Shown: positions 35,675 through 37,805 of the stretch, piece after piece
Numbering within the stretch: position 1 is the stretch's first letter
Layout: each line of letters opens with the position of its first letter
Source of the DNA: an uncultured Muribaculaceae bacterium
Lineage (GTDB): Bacteria > Bacillota_I > Bacilli_A > RF39 > UBA660
Direction: 5' to 3'
Assembly (NCBI GenBank): GCA_964605575.1
Contig: CAZSDG010000003.1
Coordinates: 1-37,805, forward strand
DNA length: 37,805 nt
The notes under the pieces: model-generated
Databases searched by the model: none
The model's input: only the letters and a program-made list of their open reading frames with translations
What the model was told of the DNA's origin: nothing
Position numbers and translations under genes: made by a program

Positions 35675-35754
35675 TCACTTTTTTGCAATTTTTATTAAAA
35701 TAATAAAGGAAATTAGCCTTATTGATTGTATATATATAATTGAGAGGGGAACTA

Positions 35755-37467
35755 ATGGCTTTAATAGATAACGAAATAATCAATCAAATTAGAAACAGTA
35801 TTAATATTGTTGATGTCATTAATGAATATGTACCATTAACGGCTAAAGGTCGTAATTTTTTTGGTGTTTGTCCATTTCATAATGATCATTCCCCAAGTAT
35901 GAGTGTTAGTCCTGATAAGCAAATCTATACTTGCTTTTCTTGTGGAGCAACTGGTAATGTTTTTACTTTTTTACAGGATTTTGAACATATACCTTTTTTA
36001 GAAGCGGTTAAAAGATTATCGTTAAAAACTGGTATTAGTTTAGGAGTTAATATTTCTTCGCCAAAAGAGCCGAAAAAAACCAAAGAAAATGAAATATATA
36101 ACCTAACTCAAAAATTTTATCAAAATAATTTGAAAACTAAAGAAGGATTAAAAGCGCGGGAATATTTACATAAAAGAAACTTTAATGATGATATTATTGA
36201 GAAATTTGCTATTGGTCTATCATTAAATGTTCCAGATAATTTATTAAAGTTATTAGAAAACAAAGGTTATGATAAGCAGTTATTAGATGAAATTGGTCTA
36301 ATAAATAATAATCAAGATTATTTTAGAAATCGAATAATGTTTCCTATAAAAGATTATATGGGACAAATAGTTGGCTACAGTGGCCGAGTATATAATAATG
36401 AAGATTCTGCTAAATATGTTAATTCAAGAGCTAGTTCTTACTTTAAAAAAGGCGAAATCTTATATAATTATCACTTAGCTAAAGACCGAGTTAGAATTAA
36501 TAATGCTGTTATTGTAGTTGAAGGATTTATGGATGTAATTAGACTTTCAACAATTGGAGTTGATAATGCAGTTGCTCTGATGGGTACTGCTTTAACTAAA
36601 GAACAAATTACATTGTTAAAGAAACTTAGATGTCCAGTTATTCTCTGTTTAGATAATGACGAAGCAGGTCTTAATGCAACATTCGCAGCAGGTGATCAAT
36701 TATTTAAAGAAAATATTGAAACTTTGGTTATCCGCCTCGAAGATTATAACGATCCCGATGACTATATAGTTAATAAAGGTAAAGAAGCTTTTGAATTGAA
36801 TTTAAACTCAGCTCAAAGCTACTTAGATTATAAAATAAAATATTTGAAAACTAATTTTGGAAGTAACGATTCTAAACAAATCGCAGATAATATAAACGAT
36901 TTAATTAATCTTATTAATCCAATAACTGATTCAATATATAAAAATATCTTAATTGAGAAAATAGTAAAAGAATTTAATTTAGATCAAGATTTGTTAAAAG
37001 CAAAGTTAAATACTCAAGAAGCTAAAATAATAATTCCAAAGGAAATTAACAAACGGAAGAAAACACGAATTAATAAAGCCTGTGAAGCAATTTTATATAT
37101 AATGTTATCAAATCCTAAATACATTAAAATATTTGATAAGAACATGGGTTACTTTCCAATTTCAATTTATAATAGCTTATTAAATGAAATTAGAACATTC
37201 TATAGTGATCATAGTACAATTAATTTTGCTGATTTCTTAACCTATATAAACGAAGATGAAAAACTATCTGAGCTAGTTAAAGAAATAATTGCTCAATCAG
37301 ATGAAATAGTTAATGAAGAAGAGTTTGATAATTATTTATCGATAACTAAAAAAGCAGTGTTTAATAAAAGAATTGATAAGTTAAAAGAAGATATAGAAAA
37401 AACTGATGACTTAGCTAAAAAAATAGCTATTACAAATAAAATAGCAGAATTAAAGAAAGAAGTGTAA
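35755..37467 (+). CDS. dnaG: DNA primase
   Basis: CHC2 zinc finger CPFHNDHSPSMSV...CFSCGATGNVFTFL and TOPRIM domain VVEGFMDV...DNDEAG. ATG 35755 with SD GAGAGGGGA is preferred over TTG 35740. Confidence 0.94.
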   Translation: MALIDNEIINQIRNSINIVDVINEYVPLTAKGRNFFGVCPFHNDHSPSMSVSPDKQIYTCFSCGATGNVFTFLQDFEHIPFLEAVKRLSLKTGISLGVNISSPKEPKKTKENEIYNLTQKFYQNNLKTKEGLKAREYLHKRNFNDDIIEKFAIGLSLNVPDNLLKLLENKGYDKQLLDEIGLINNNQDYFRNRIMFPIKDYMGQIVGYSGRVYNNEDSAKYVNSRASSYFKKGEILYNYHLAKDRVRINNAVIVVEGFMDVIRLSTIGVDNAVALMGTALTKEQITLLKKLRCPVILCLDNDEAGLNATFAAGDQLFKENIETLVIRLEDYNDPDDYIVNKGKEAFELNLNSAQSYLDYKIKYLKTNFGSNDSKQIADNINDLINLINPITDSIYKNILIEKIVKEFNLDQDLLKAKLNTQEAKIIIPKEINKRKKTRINKACEAILYIMLSNPKYIKIFDKNMGYFPISIYNSLLNEIRTFYSDHSTINFADFLTYINEDEKLSELVKEIIAQSDEIVNEEEFDNYLSITKKAVFNKRIDKLKEDIEKTDDLAKKIAITNKIAELKKEV

Positions 37468-37469
37468 AA

Positions 37470-37805
37470 GTGAAAGAAATTAAAACATTTGAAGAAAGAA
37501 AAAAAGATTTATTAAAACTAGGTAAAAAGAACGGTGTTATAACTTTTGAAGAACTAGCAGAAGCATTAAAAGGCTTGGAAGTCGATAATGATTCATTAGA
37601 TGATTTATATAATGCCTTCATTGATAATGATATTGAGGTTGTTTCATCAAATGAAGATGGGGACGATGATGCAGGTAAAGAAAAGTCTAAAAAAGATGAT
37701 GTTGTTATTGATGAGGCAACAATAAGTAAAGATATGACAATTAATGATCCAGTAAGAATGTATTTAAAAGAAATTGGACGTATTAGTCTTCTATCTGGTG
37801 AAGAG
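37470..37805 (+). CDS. rpoD: RNA polymerase primary sigma factor, 3'-truncated by the window edge
   Basis: Not in the ORF track. GTG 37470 opens a stop-free frame running to the window edge (112 codons). It shows region 1.1 (ITFEELAEAL), an acidic linker, and region 1.2 DPVRMYLKEIGRISLLSGEE. It lies directly after dnaG. Confidence 0.88.
   Translation, partial: MKEIKTFEERKKDLLKLGKKNGVITFEELAEALKGLEVDNDSLDDLYNAFIDNDIEVVSSNEDGDDDAGKEKSKKDDVVIDEATISKDMTINDPVRMYLKEIGRISLLSGEE

Noticed and set aside
1803-35754. Longer N-terminal extensions given by the ORF track (1803, 4476, 6361, 10692, 13796, 18357, 21391, 29508, 29514, 35740)
   Set aside because: In each case an internal ATG coincides with the conserved family N-terminus and has a better-placed SD. 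The extensions begin at TTG or GTG, or overlap the upstream gene.
29990-37621. Minus-strand ORFs 29990..30241, 31253..31441, 33900..34103 and 37430..37621
   Set aside because: Each is antisense to a well-supported + strand gene: cvpA, the prepilin-type gene, the rnfC-like gene, and dnaG/rpoD.
1-37805. Mollicutes-type code 4 (TGA=Trp), suggested by the DUF285-like repeats and extreme AT content
   Set aside because: TGA terminates murG, murB, queH, the TrmH-family gene and others at sensible lengths. Trp positions, such as WCGPCK, use TGG. Peptidoglycan genes (murG, murB, a SEDS gene) are also present.
1-37805. CRISPR arrays, IS elements, integrases, prophage or defence islands
   Set aside because: Outside the LRR gene there are no direct-repeat/spacer arrays, no transposase- or recombinase-like translations and no terminal inverted repeats. 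Every non-coding gap is 172 bp or less apart from the 252-bp lexA-tkt spacer, and all are accounted for by promoters, terminators or the two small ORFs.

Overview
This is a very AT-rich, tightly packed core-chromosome segment with about 36 protein genes, mostly on the + strand. It comes from a low-GC, cell-walled Firmicute. The standard genetic code applies: TGA ends several genes, Trp is TGG, and no long ORF is interrupted. All identifications come from motifs read in the translations, since no database search was possible.

Genes in order:
- a 5'-truncated surface protein (TasA/camelysin-like domain plus BspA/DUF285-type leucine-rich repeats)
- a reduced division/cell-wall cluster: murG-murB-divIB-(queH)-ftsA-ftsZ
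- an unknown ORF and a small zinc-ribbon protein
- hisS, a SpoU/TrmH methyltransferase, and an unknown 532-aa protein preceded by a 46-aa ORF
- lspA-rluD, a GluP-like rhomboid, and lexA
- tkt, yneF, a small membrane protein, and parE
- def, a 91-aa unknown, and an FtsW/RodA-family gene
- comEA-comEC-holA and tex
- rnhC divergent from cvpA, then trxA, a short YigZ, and an orphan prepilin-type protein
- uvrC, an RnfC-like/RnfD-like gene pair, dnaG, and the 5' part of rpoD

Several neighbourhoods copy Bacillus subtilis order as I recall it: lexA-[yneA slot]-tkt-yneF...parE, comEA-comEC-holA, rnhC next to cvpA, lspA-rluD, and dnaG-sigA.

I see no rRNA, tRNA, CRISPR array, transposase, integrase or prophage genes, and no obvious defence island. 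The region is mostly ordinary housekeeping.

The points most worth a second look:
1. A LexA-box-flanked 24-aa hydrophobic peptide ORF in the yneA/sosA position.
2. An orphan, motif-degenerate RnfC/RnfD-like pair between uvrC and dnaG.
3. The TasA-like/LRR fusion and its near-identical higher-order repeats.
4. A period-5 cysteine repeat inside ComEA, plus a hairpin that sequesters the comEA Shine-Dalgarno (SD) sequence.
5. An unrecognisable 532-aa protein translationally coupled to a small upstream ORF.
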